Shown here: one piece after another, positions 15,001 to 26,855 of the stretch | Layout: the number at the start of each line of letters is the position of its first letter | How positions within the stretch are numbered: the first letter of the stretch is position 1 | Source: Monocercomonoides exilis PA203 | Lineage: Eukaryota > Protista > Preaxostyla | NCBI GenBank assembly: GCA_001643675.2 | Contig: LSRY02000005.1 | Location: forward strand, 496,001 to 560,000 | Length of the DNA: 64,000 nucleotides | Direction: 5' to 3' | The notes under the pieces: generated by a model | What the model saw: the letters and a program-made list of their open reading frames with translations, nothing else | Told to the model about the DNA's origin: nothing | The model's database searches: none | Position numbers and translations under genes: made by a program

Positions 15001-15563
15001 AAGAAGAACAAGAATTAATTAAAGAGGAAGAAGCTTTTCTGGAAGAACTGGAAGGATTGATGAGGGTGTGCTTAAGACTTTGTGATGAAGATGCCAATAG
15101 CATGAATAAACTCATTGAAGAACTCGAACAAGTCAAAAATATGAGAAAAGAACTGAATATGAAGTCAACTGTGCTAATCAACGAAAAAGATGAACGGATG
15201 ATGCATTTTGAGGAAGAAACTTTACATGCGCTAATTTCAAGACTTACATCATTTTTATTAAAGTACTACTCATCTCCTCTTATTTCCAATCAAAAGAATG
15301 AACTGAGAAGCGATGCAGATTTTAATTACGATAATTTAAAGATGAATACAACCAGCGAGCAAGAAATAAGCTCAAATACAATTCCAAGAATATCGAAGCA
15401 CAGAAATATTGGAAAAGAACCTGAAACAATAACAGTGAACATCACTCTCAAACCTGTTCCTCAAACAATGGAAAATGAATGCATTCAGTCTGTTTGCGCT
15501 GTTCCATGTTCAGGCATTATTATCGTTGGTTGGAGTGATGGAACGATACGAATTATGTGCTGA
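22..15563 (+). CDS. WDR81: WDR81/LvsG/GFS12-like BEACH-domain + WD40 protein with pseudokinase remnants, ~5,160 aa. Proposed exons 22-185 and 242-15563.
   Basis: The 5,097-aa ORF has WDR81-type BEACH motifs (GKIDNFTYLLGLNHLAGR, DPAAHPAFPWV, WRDLKQTRWRMARGDEQLD, PHHTPDLLSD, YVRSPFTPSEYP, TPEECIPEFF, LHHWIDHTFGY) and WD40 repeats (GDLHVWD, GGRDGFLRLFD, GWSDGTIRIM). The frame is closed by TGA at 228-230. A phase-2 intron GTTTGT(186)...TTAG(241) joins the ATG-22 ORF in frame. The 5' exon is less certain than the family call. Confidence 0.9.
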
Positions 15564-15956
15564 TACGCAATGTTATTATTTTTTAAAAAAAATTCCTGTT
15601 TAAATTGATTAGATTTTTGTTATAATTTATTAAAAGTTGTTTTAATGATAGCTTTTTCGTTTTTTCTGTTTGGAATTTATGTACTTTTTTGAAATTGAAA
15701 TAGAGATGATTCTAACGTTTTATTGTTTGTGCAAAAAATGCAAAAGAAATTATAAATAAAAAATGAAATTTTAAAGCGCATAAATAAAGTTTGTCTAATG
15801 ACACACTATTTTTTAGGACAAATAATTGAGAAACGAATTAATCAATGAATTGAGTTTTTCAATGAGATTTTTTCAAAAAATTTCTGCATTTTTCGGTTGA
15901 AGCCATTATAAAATCCACAAGAACAAAAAGCTTTGTTTTTTGAATTAATAAAAAGA

Positions 15957-18900
15957 ATGTCACAAAACAAATCGAACGGTCAAACTAACGAAATCATTTA
16001 TAAGAATGATTGGATTCATTGTGTTTGTATAATTGGTTTTGACCTCGAAGTCGGCCATGTTTTACAAGAATCATTCGGTAAGACCTTAACAGCGCGTGAA
16101 CAACAACAAATGTATGATTTTCTACTAGACGATGTTATTTCATAAGCATTACTTATTTTTACGAATTTTTTTTTGGACAATTCCATTTTTATATTAGTGC
16201 TTATCTTTCATTTCCAGATTCAACAGTTTCTTCATCATGTGAAAATATTTATTGCTTTAGAATAAAGCACAACAGTTTATTATATGAAAATTTTCAAACG
16301 GGTTATTTGTTTTGCTTCACACATTTCAAGCAGTTTCCGGATAGATCTTTCAAACGTGGTTTTTATCAAAAGGCTCTTGTTATTGTAACTCCTTTACCTT
16401 TTTTCGGTGTTTTTGATCATGCAATAAGGATTGCTGGACCTTTGTTTCACAACGGAAGGACTAACATTTGTAAAGAAATATTTGAAGATTCATCAAAATG
16501 GGAAATGCCACTTCCTCATCATAGCTATATCCACAAGCTTTGTGGTAGTTCATTTTTATGTCAGACGCAATCACGGTATTATCCACCGTCATATCTATTT
16601 AGCGGCCTGCTTCGACTCCGAATTGCTCTGAATTTAAAATACTATGAAAATTACAGATTTAGATATCCTTTGCTTTATCATAAAATGACAGAGCTTTGCG
16701 AATTGCTTCAATCGCAAAACTATTTGCATTGCCAGCTTGAAGAAATTAAAACTGAATGTGCATTTGACATTTTCCCAACGAACTCATACGCCTCCATGTT
16801 TCAGTTTCTCATTCCCAACAATAACCAGCTAGTTGAAATTCAAAAGCAGAGTAACTCTGAGAAAACCGATAGAGAAAGTCACATTCATTCCTCATATCCA
16901 AACGACCCTTCACAAAGCAACGACAGCAGCCTTCTTGCTGTGTCTTCAGCTGCTTCCGACAAATATGCGCATGGCTCTTCGATGAACATGCCGTCAACAC
17001 TTCCTCCATCACGCAACACGTCATCGCCTTCTATTTTCTCTCGCTTCATAAACTCACTGACTTCTTTGGCCTCTGGCTCTTCTTCGTCTTCTTCTCCCTC
17101 GCCGCTTTCTTCTCGGTGGGAAGGAGTGGGCAACAGCTACAAGCCTTCTGATTCAAAAGCTCATTCAAGTCCAAGCCCCTCTGCCACAAGGCATGTCACA
17201 TCTCAAAGCGCTTCACAACAAAACAGCTTTAAGCGTCCAATAAGCCCCTTTAACACTGTCCAACATCCAGCCGCTCGCTATTCTTCTCCATCTCCTATGG
17301 CTTCTGTGGATGAGCACAGGATTCTCTACAGCAACGGAACTTCTCATCGTTTCTGCGCCTCTTCCTGTCCTCCTCGTTCTCTGTCTCCTTCTTCTGTTTC
17401 TTCTTCTGCTTCGTCTCCTTCATCTGCTTTCCACAATCACAGCAATTCTGCTTGTGGCCCTGTGCTTTCGTGCGAAGTGCTTCCGCCCTCTTATTTCGAA
17501 CCCGTTCCATCTTTTTCTGTGCCAAAGATTCCACTTGAAAGTGATCTTTATTCAGATGCATTTGTCAACAAGCTGCTTGGATTGAATGATGAAGAGTCAT
17601 CTTCATTATCATCATCCTCTTCTACAACTACTACTACTACTGCTACTACTACTGCTGCAACTGTATCATCATCTGAAAGTGCATCAGTTTCTTCTTCTAC
17701 TGCTTCTTCTTCTGCTGATACTTCCACATCAAACACAGTTCCACAAAAAAGTACATCTCCCTCATCAGATACTCAAAGCTCAATGCAAAACGAACAGCAA
17801 ACTTCAGAATCAGCAGCAACAACAACAACTTCTTCTTCTTCTTCTTCTTCCTCTTCCTCTTCCTCTTCTTCTTCTTCTTATTCACTTCAACATCGCAATC
17901 TTCCCAAATGTTACATCAACTTCGTTCCAAAGCGCAAAGCCAGCAATTGGCTGGACTCCACCCTGCACATTTTGGAAGTTGTGAAGCGGTCGACGATTTG
18001 GATGGTGAAAGAAGACGAAGCTGAAGACGAAGACTGGCTGAGCCATTGTCTGATGAATAAAGAGGACGATTCTGAGGGAGAAGGGGAAAGCTATTTGTTT
18101 AAGATGAGAAGCAGAGAAAAACTGGAAAAACAAGAGAAACAGGAAAATATAGAAAACAAGGATAAGCCTGTGAAAAAAGATGAAAATGAGGAAAAAGAAG
18201 AAAAAGCTGTCAAACACAAAAAGAAAAAATCGACAACCAGTTCGATTAAATCTTCATCCTCCAAACGAAAGTCTTCTTCTTCTTCTTCCTCCTCCTCCTC
18301 CTCCTCATCCTCATCCTCATCTCCTTCTAACAATGCAGCAGACGAGTCTTCGGAAAGCAACCCCATTCAAATCAAAGACAATCGTCCATTGTCTCTCCTT
18401 CACCAGCACTTTTCTCTGCTTCAGCTGCATCTGATGCTCTTCTCACGGCACATTCATCCTTCTTCCTTCTTCACCAACTTCATCGACATCGTCCAGCAGT
18501 CTGTGTCGCCTTTCTCTTCACTCATCCCATTCGCTGCCTCAACTTGCACTGCCTCAAATTCTTCTTTTTCGATGTTTCCCAATTATTCAGCAATATCACA
18601 GCATTCCTCTTCTTTTTCTTCTCCCTTTTCCTCCTCCTCATCATCATCATCTTCTTCTTCTTCTTCTTCTTCTGCAATCATTTCACACAATTCAGATCTT
18701 TCGTCATCTTCCTCAAATTCCCTCTCATATCCTTCTTCCAACATAATTCCTGCTTCAACTCTTCGTCTTTCCACAACCAACATAACACCTTCATCTGCTG
18801 TTGTTGTATTCCCTCCATCAATGTTTGAAGAGGAAAACGAGAATTCTGCACACGTTCACACAAACTGCTCTGCTTCTTCTCTTTCTTCTTCTTCTTCTTC

Positions 18901-21900
18901 TTCTTCTTCAAACACATCTCCCTCTCAAACAAATGAATCCATTCACAATTCCACTTCCATTGCTCATTCACACTCAAACTCAAATCACGTCGAAACACTT
19001 CAAACTTCTCAATCTCAAACTTCTGAATCAAATCATTCGCCTTCTTCATCCTCCTCCTCCTCCTCCTCTTCTTCTTCTTCTTCTGGCTCCACGCTTTCCT
19101 TAACCCTCACCTTGTCTCCCTTCATCTCCTCCCTCCACTTCCTCTGGGAGCTCGTCATGACTGGCGAAAAGCTCATCATTTTCTCTCCTTCGTCGCCAGA
19201 GCGGGTGAAAAACGTGTGTCTCGCGCTTCTTTCGCTCGTAAGCCCCTTTCCCATCTATTCTGACTATTGCCCTTATTGGAACGTCTACGAGATCATGGAG
19301 CTGGAGAAGGAGAACGAAAGCGAGCTCGCTAAGCTCAGTCTGGTGAAGCCCAACTTAACCACACAGACACTCGACCTGCCTGTGCTCCCCTCCTCTTCCT
19401 CATACACATTCACTGCCTCTCTTTCGTCTCCTCTGCTTCAGCTGCCCTTTTTGATTGGCGTGACTAACCCACTTTTCTTGTCAGCACGTAATGATTGGAC
19501 GCTGGTGACGGTGAATGGAGAGGAGGAAGAGAGCGAAGAGGAAGAAAGCGACAGCGCCGATGAAGACACAGCAAACGACAGATGGACATGGAATGAGAAG
19601 GAGCGAGGAAGGGCCCCTGAACAAGGATCCTCTGGAAGTGCAAGGGGGAGTGCTAAAAGCAGCGAAAAGATGCACAGCTTCGGGATGAGCGGGATGGGAG
19701 GCAAAAAACGAGGGAGGAGGAGAAGAGGCGGAGGAAGAGGAACAGCCACAGCTCAAGGGAAAAAGCGGTCGAATGCAAAGAGCACAAAACAAGAGACGCT
19801 GCAGATCATCGTGAAGAAGCCGAAAGTGATGTGGGGCGACTCAGAAAGCGACAGTGAGAAGGAAGACGCAGAGAGATTCGGCTCGATTTCGTCTGACGGC
19901 GCGTTTTCTTATTCGTTTGGGTCGCGTTCATCGTCATCATCGTCTTCTTCTTCTTCTTCTTCTTCTTCACACAACTCACATTCATCTCAGTCTTCTCTCT
20001 CCAAACCAAACTTGTCTGCCTCCGGCTCTTCTTCAAGCAGCACTCGTGCTCCTTCTGACCTCAACGGTCCCTGTCGTTCTATTTCACCGCCTTTGGAATG
20101 CGCCTCTGGATCGATTTATTCTGCGCTTCGCCCTCTTCTCTCGCAGCTTGGGACTCATTCTTCTGTTCTGACTGGCACTTCAGAGAGAAATGCTATGACA
20201 TCCTACACTTCACACGCTACTCCATCTCGGCTCTTTTCTCCCTCGCCTTCAAGTTCTCATTCACTAAGTGCATCATCAAATGCTGCTTTGTCTTCTGCTT
20301 CTTCTTCATCAACACCTTCTGCTTCCTCTTTGTTTCCTGTTGCTTCACCTTCCTTCTCATCCTCCTCCTCTTCTTCCTCATCTTTTGGATCTTCTGATGC
20401 ATTCGGTTCTTCTCACTATCACAAATCATCTCACAGCAAGCACTCATCTCCATCACCTCCACACTTAGCTGCTTCTCCCTCTTTTTCTTCTTCTTCCTCT
20501 TCCTCTTCATTCTTTTCATCCACACAAGGTTCTTATCCTTCTTCTTCTTCTTCTCATCACAACTCACACACTTCATCTTCTTCTCAGACAGCCTTGTTGA
20601 AGATGTCTTCTGCTGCCGGCACTTTCACTGCAGATGCGCAGGCACGGACGCTGTTGAGGCAGCAGACGGAGAATCTGATGGATCTGTTTGAAGGTCTCTT
20701 CAGCATCGGACTGGGCAAATGGACTGAGCAGGAAGCTTCTCTTCTGCCTCTTTCAAAGACTTCTGATGGCTCATCTTCATCTTCTTCATCTTCTTCTGCC
20801 TCGTCTCAATCAAAAGAATCTAATCAAATGAAAGAGACGTCTCATCGGAGAAACGGCGGGCACGAATACGAGCGATACGATGAAGCTCAGCAAAATGAAG
20901 AAGACGAAGAGAAAGCAGGGTTGAGTGAAGCAGAACTGAACCAGATAATATTTGGGTTTGATGTGGACAACAGCGATGAGGTTGTCATTCCGTCGATGAT
21001 CGAAGTGAAAGAAGAGGAGAAGACACGGCGAAGAGACAGACACCATTTGCATGCTGTCCAGCAGCCGCTTTCACAGCAGCAGCAGCAGCAACTTCAGAAC
21101 GCTGCTTCTTCTTTGCCTTCTCTCCCGTTCATTCCGTTTCCATTTGACGCTTCGTTTCCTGCCTCTTCTTTCCCATACAACCCATCAGACTTTGTGCAGG
21201 TGCTGTTCAACAAGCAGGTGAGGATCCTGTCTTCGATTCCCTATCTCCATGCTCCTTCCTTCTCTGATCTGAAGTACATGTCTCATCCTCTTTCCCCTTC
21301 CATCACCTCCTCTTTGTTGTTTTATCTTTCGTGTTTGACACCTCGTTTCTCGTCTTTTCCGTTCTATTCGTCTTTGACTTCTTCGATCTTGCCAATGGCT
21401 TCCTCGGAAATACATCCTGCTTTGCTGTTCAGCTGGGCCAATCTTGACATCCCATTTCAAAGTGCAACACCAACTCCACTTTCACATACAACTGCAACTT
21501 CTTCCTCTTCATCATCATCTTCTTCTTCTTCTTCCACCTCTTCCGCCAATTCTCTCTCGAAATGGGACGGAGTTGGGAGCTCAGCTCCTTCACCTCAGCA
21601 CACACCCGCACCTTTGCCTTCACCAACACACCGCACTTCTTCTCCTGCTCCTCAGATTCCACTCCCGTTGGCTGCTTCTTCTCCAACGTCACCTGCTTTC
21701 CTGTTCTTCAAACGGTTTTGCTCTTCCATCACATTCGGACAGTACTTCTCAAATCGAATCATTTTGCTGATGAGAGAGGCAGCGCTTTTGAACGAGCAGT
21801 GGCTTTGGAAAATGACTCCTGCTAAAAAAGGCGATGGAGAAAAGTTGAAGCGACTGATGGAAGTGTCAGATGAAGAGAAAGCCAGAATATTGAGAGAGAA

Positions 21901-22795
21901 AAAGGTGGCAGAAGACAAAATGGAGGAAGAGAGGCAAGAAAAAGAAAAGAAAGAAAGAGAAGAGAGATTTGGAGCATTTGAGCATCATATGAGGCATCAA
22001 AGGTATGAAAGGGAAGATAACAGACGTGATAAAGCAAGAATAAGCGAAGAGAAAGAAGCAGAATCGAAAAAGGAAGAAGAAAAGGAGTTTGTATTTGAAG
22101 AAGTTGATGATGAAGAGCTGATAAGTGTTGTGGAGTGTATTGAATGGATGGTGAAGCAAAGAATGCGTGAAAGAGAAAAACAAGCATACATTCAACGAAT
22201 AAGAGGGCATAGAAGCATCATTCGATTGGATGATAGGCAAAGTGAGCAACAAAATGAAATGACAGTTCCAGAGGTAATGCCATCTGTGCCACAACCACTT
22301 GCAGACACTGAGCAAGAACAGAGCGAGGAACAGCCTTTGACTGCTCCTTGTGCATCAGAAGAAAACAACATAGATACCAATGCAGATTCAAACTCGTCTT
22401 CTTCTCTTTCACAGCATGTTGAAGAGTCAACTCCTCCTCTTCAGCCCTGTGAATCAAATGCACTTCAACAAAGTTCAACAACTCCACCACAAACAGATCA
22501 GTCTCAACAACTTAGCACTTCTCATCAATCTGTCACAGCTCACACTCCTTCTGCAAAGTCGTCTCATGCTTCTATTCTCAGAGAAGCGCAGCAGAGCAGG
22601 CAAATCCTGTTTTGTGTTCTGAAGAAGCACGAAGCGTGGCTCACTCAGCAGCTCGCGAAAAATCAGACTGCAGATCGTGTGACGAAGCTTTCGCATGTTT
22701 CTGCGCTTTGCAAGAGATTGGTGTTGCTGAAAAGGGAAATGAAAAAGTTGGTTTATAATTGCTTGTTTGTTGAATCTCCAAGTGAAATAAGTTGA
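15957..22795 (+). CDS. DENND6: DENND6 (FAM116)-like DENN-domain Rab GEF, ~2,250 aa with many poly-Ser inserts. Exons 15957-16111 and 16198-22795.
   Basis: WIHCVCIIGFDLEVG, then across intron 16112-16197 (GTATGA...TTAG, phase 2) QQQIAYLSFPDS, followed by FKRGFYQKALVIVT, LHFLWELVMTGE, LLSLVSP, DYCPY and LIGVTNPLF, all matching the DENND6 family. Confidence 0.88.
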
Positions 22796-23378
22796 TAACT
22801 GTGAATTGCATTTTGTTGATTCGTATGTATCTGTCGATTATATATGCAAAGTTATGTTTCATGCTGTTTGCATTGTATTTCTTTTCTTTTTTTATTTTAA
22901 AGAGGATGATTATTCTCTTATAATTTTGGTAAATAAATAATGATTTGGACTTTCACTGTTCTTTTCTTCCTTTGAATTTTGTCTTTGCAAATTGTGACTT
23001 GAAATAACCGTTTTAAAAAGAAACTTTGATTGGCAATTAGAGAGCCAATTAAAGTCTTTTAGAAAGAATGATTCATCACGAATTTAGCTTTTTTTTTTGA
23101 AAGAAAAAAATAAAACAATCTTCCAGAAACCATGTTCTCAGTTGAATATTTAAACTTCTATAATGCTAACTTTTTGTATAAGCATTCATAAATTCTGTGA
23201 TGATGAAAAAGTCCATTTAAGTTACTTCCCAACACTTCTTTTAGCAATTTTTTTTTTCATTCCCTTCAATTTCCGCGACGGCAGAGATAAAGAAAATGAT
23301 CAATCTTCGAATGGAGTTCGTGTATATTCAGCTTCACTCATTAATTTCTTTTTCATTTGAAACAATCATTTGTTTCTT

Positions 23379-24957
23379 TCATTTGCTGCTTTCTATCTTC
23401 ACCTCTAATTCAGCCTTTGTTTTCAGTGGAATGTTAAATTTCTTAACTTTCCCGCATACGACAGATAAAGAGGAGCACCTAATAACTTCCTTTTCCATTT
23501 GTGGATGTTTCAGTTCATGGTTAATGAAACGAAAATCTTGATGAAAAACAAAAACATTTTTCCGAGTTCCTACAAACTCTCCTATTTTAAGAAATGATTC
23601 AGATATTTCATCTGTTTCTAATGCAAAGTCTTCAGAAGGATCATCTCCATCGCAACCGCTTTTGACGTTATCATCAATTTTTCTTTCTTTTTCTCCGATT
23701 ATTACTCTTTCGTGCATTCGTTTCATTTTCGTTCGTTTACACAAAGACTCATCAACCCAATCAAATTCTTTATCTTTGATTTTTAAATCTTCACTAACTT
23801 CGTTAAGCATTTCATTGCTTGAACAATCGTTCTGCAGTAAAATGTAATCTTTAGCTTCTGTGCAGCTCTCATCTTCTTTTTCATCATTCTTTTTATTGCT
23901 CACAGCCTCTTCAAATGTTTTGCCTTCATTTTCATTTTCAATAAATAAGCACACATGTTTAATTGCATTCAAATACGTTTTTCGATCACCAGCCATTGAT
24001 GCAAATGAAACGTGATGAATTTTGTCACTGTAAAATGGTTCACCTCCAAAAGATGCAACGGCTTTGTTAACTGCATCCACGCATCTTGACAACTGAAGAG
24101 TAACAAAATAAAAATCAAAACAAATTAAAAGATGATTGATAAAATATTAAGGAATTTTTTTCAATAGCAAGTTCCAAACTCCTTCTTCATTATCAATTAT
24201 TGCAACTGCAGCAAAAATTGTTTTATCGTTGTCTCCTAAAATCAGCATCAGCTTGTAATCGACTGTGAAAGAAAAACTGAATTGTTGTTTATGATAAAAA
24301 AGAAAAAATAAAAATTACCTAAAGAAAACAAAACCTTACAACAGAATTGCATGACTGAATTAATAATTCTCTAAAAGGTTCAATTTCTATATGACTGTAA
24401 ATAAATGTCAAAATATAAGTATTCTTTTTTCTCTAAAAATAACACTACACCTGATGGGAAATGTTCGAGAAAAAGATATATGCCATTCATCAAAGGAAAT
24501 TAGTGTGAACTCAAATGGAAATTTTATTCTAAAAAATGATTTTGCCACATCCTCAACAACTTTTGAAATTACTGAATAATGTGTAATTTAACGAGTAATT
24601 CTTAATGACTATTGAAATATCAAATATAATTAAAAGTTACCATGTATCCCTACGAAAGTTGCCCAATTCCCTTCACGGTGTGCAAACTACAAATATGAAT
24701 AAATGAAAGCATGATAAAGCAAACATGTCTGGTTCTTCCTGTTGTTGAAATTTTCGTTTCTAAATCTATATTTTGCAATTGAAAAATAGTTATGAATAAT
24801 ATAAAGACAAATTGTTGACAAAACTTTCATTTTTAATTTTTGTTTTCAATATTGAAGCGAGAAGCTCATCTGAGCCTGAATCTCTATATTTATAATTTAA
24901 CGATATTCCCTTATTGTCTTTAATAACTTTTCTTTTCTTTCCACAAAGTAATTCCAT
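23379..24957 (-). CDS. USB1: U6 snRNA phosphodiesterase USB1/Mpn1 (2H phosphoesterase). 7 exons: 24957-24825, 24765-24725, 24686-24641, 24571-24451, 24394-24335, 24276-24180, 24092-23379.
   Basis: Splicing six GT-AG introns gives one open frame with GRTRHFAHREGNWATFVGIH, the first HxS motif (WHISFSRTFPI) and the second HxS motif (FYSDKIHHVSFA). Confidence 0.88.
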
Positions 24958-25659
24958 CAGTCTCAATAGAAAAAGAAAAACCGAAAATAATAAAAAAATT
25001 CCCATAAAAAAAATGATTTGAAACCAAAGAAAAAATCAGTGCAAAAACTTTTATAAAATTTTCTATTTTAAAAAATTATATCAACGAAAAAATAAAAATT
25101 TTCTTTTGAAACGAAGTGCACTTTTTTTCAGAAGTATCATTTTTCAATCTTTTGCATCGAAAGCTAATGGCTTTATAAATCGAAATACATTTTCCAATTA
25201 TGTGAGTGAATTGAAGCGATAAATGAGGAATTTTTTCAAAAATCATAATTTATTTTATTTGATCAAGATCTCAGAAAAATGGAAAATGATAAAAGAAAAA
25301 TAGACAAAATGACTGACAATATTTTAATGTTTTGTCAAAAATTGAAGTTGAAAACTGTTGGTATAGTCCGAAGATATAGTCATCCTCAGATCTTAATGAA
25401 ATTTTGTCTACAACTCAACAATGCATTGTTCATTTATGTTAAACTATTGTTGCATGTCGGAAGTTAATGGTTTTTGAAAAATAAATTTTTTTTCTCACAG
25501 TTTTTATGATCAAAAAAATGAATAGGAATAAAAACATTTATTGCAATTTACAGATATCGCATAAAATCCCGGACATTGCACAAAATACCGGACAAGATCG
25601 ATATCTCAATAGCAGCAAGAGGAATAATTCTGACATTTTTTTTCAATATATACACCAAA

Positions 25660-25873
25660 AATAATTCGAATTCGAAAAAAAATAATTCAATTTCGTAATT
25701 AATATTTCAAATTTGAAAATTAATAATTCGAATTCGGAATTAATATTTCAATTTCGAAAAAAATAATTCAAATTCGGAATTAATAATTCGAATTTGGAAA
25801 TTAATAATTCGATTTCGTAATTTATTAATTCGATTTCGAAAAAGAATAATTCAATTTCGGAAATGAATATTTT
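25660..25873 (+). repeat. Left-arm tandem array, ~10-11 copies of a 20-21-bp unit (AATAATTCRAWTTCG plus an AAAAAA or NAATT linker)
   Basis: Units start at about 25660, 25681, 25701, 25722, 25742, 25763, 25783, 25803, 25824, 25845 and 25866 (partial). Confidence 0.9.
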
Positions 25874-26384
25874 TTTGATTTGTAGAATGAATGACTTGTG
25901 TTTTGGGTTTTTTATTCTGTTCATTTGTATTTCATCAGTTCACTTTGTTTATGAATATTTGAAAAATGATGATTTATCACTTTAAAATATTCATTCCTAT
26001 TCATTGAAAAAAATATGATTAGAGTTAATTCAAAAAAAAAAAAAGAAATTCTCATCATGATAAAAATTGATATTTTTCTTTTTTTCACCAAAGAAACTTA
26101 AAAAAATTATTGGTGAAAAAATTCTTGTTTTTTGTTATTCAATAAATGTGATTGGAAATTCACTATTTCCTGCAGGTTATTTAAAATAATGAATTATTTG
26201 CTATTAATTTATCATTAGAGTGATGGTTTTTAAAAAAATATTCTTTTTTCAAAAAATTGATTTATTGATTGTTTCAATTTAAAAAAATAGGTTTTTTTGA
26301 GATTTAATATTTGTGTGGTTAAAAATTAACTTGGCATTTTCTGAAATCCATTCTCGGGAAAAATTAAAAATTTCAGTTTTAAAT

Positions 26385-26655
26385 GAATTTCGAAATTGAA
26401 ATATTCATTTTCGAAATTGAATTATTTTTTTTCGATTTTGAATTATTAATTACGAAATCGAATTATTTTTTTTCGATTTCGAATTATTAATTCCGAATTT
26501 GAATTATTTTTTTTCGAAATTGAATTATTTTTTTTCGATTTTGAATTATTAATTCCGAATTTGAATTATTTTTTTTCGATTTCGAATTATTAATTCCGAA
26601 TTTGAATTATTTTTTTTCGAAATTGAATTATTTTTTTTCGAATTAGAATTATTTT
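26385..26655 (-). repeat. Right-arm tandem array, ~13 copies of the same unit in inverted orientation
   Basis: GAATTATT-type cores recur every 20-21 bp from about 26398 to 26646 and are the reverse complement of the left array. Confidence 0.9.
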
Positions 26656-26662
26656 TGGTGTA

Positions 26663-26855
26663 TCTCATCAATACAAACTCAATTAATAAACGATACTTTC
26701 AAAATTGCTTCATTTGTGCTCTGAGAAAATTATTTTTGAAATCTCGGAGAAACTCAAAACATTATTTCTCCTGGATATCAATCATTATTTTTTTCTGAGC
26801 ACAAATGAATCTGTTTTGAAAGTTTCGTTTATCGATTTAGTTTGAATTGATAAAA
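26663..26855. mobile_element. 193-bp near-palindromic MITE-like element nested in the right arm of the larger element
   Basis: Arms of ~90 bp are imperfect inverted repeats, e.g. TTCATTTGTGCTC at 26709-26721 and GAGCACAAATGAA at 26797-26809. Flanked by TA at 26661-62 and 26856-57. Absent from the equivalent position of the left arm. Confidence 0.75.

Noticed and set aside
25279-25467. 62-aa ORF next to the transposon as a transposase fragment
   Set aside because: No HTH or DDE motifs, and it lies outside the TIRs.
25517-26005. 13-bp inverted match AATGAATAGGAAT between the left flank and the element core
   Set aside because: It does not extend and is plausible by chance in very AT-rich DNA.
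25950-26122. Small hairpins in the element core (ATGAATATTT/AAATATTCAT and TTTTTTCACCAA/TTGGTGAAAAAA)
   Set aside because: Stems of 10-12 bp in AT-rich DNA, not enough to call a structure or sub-element.
25660-26655. CRISPR-like array
   Set aside because: The units abut with no unique spacers, the context is eukaryotic, and there are no cas genes. It is a minisatellite within inverted arms.
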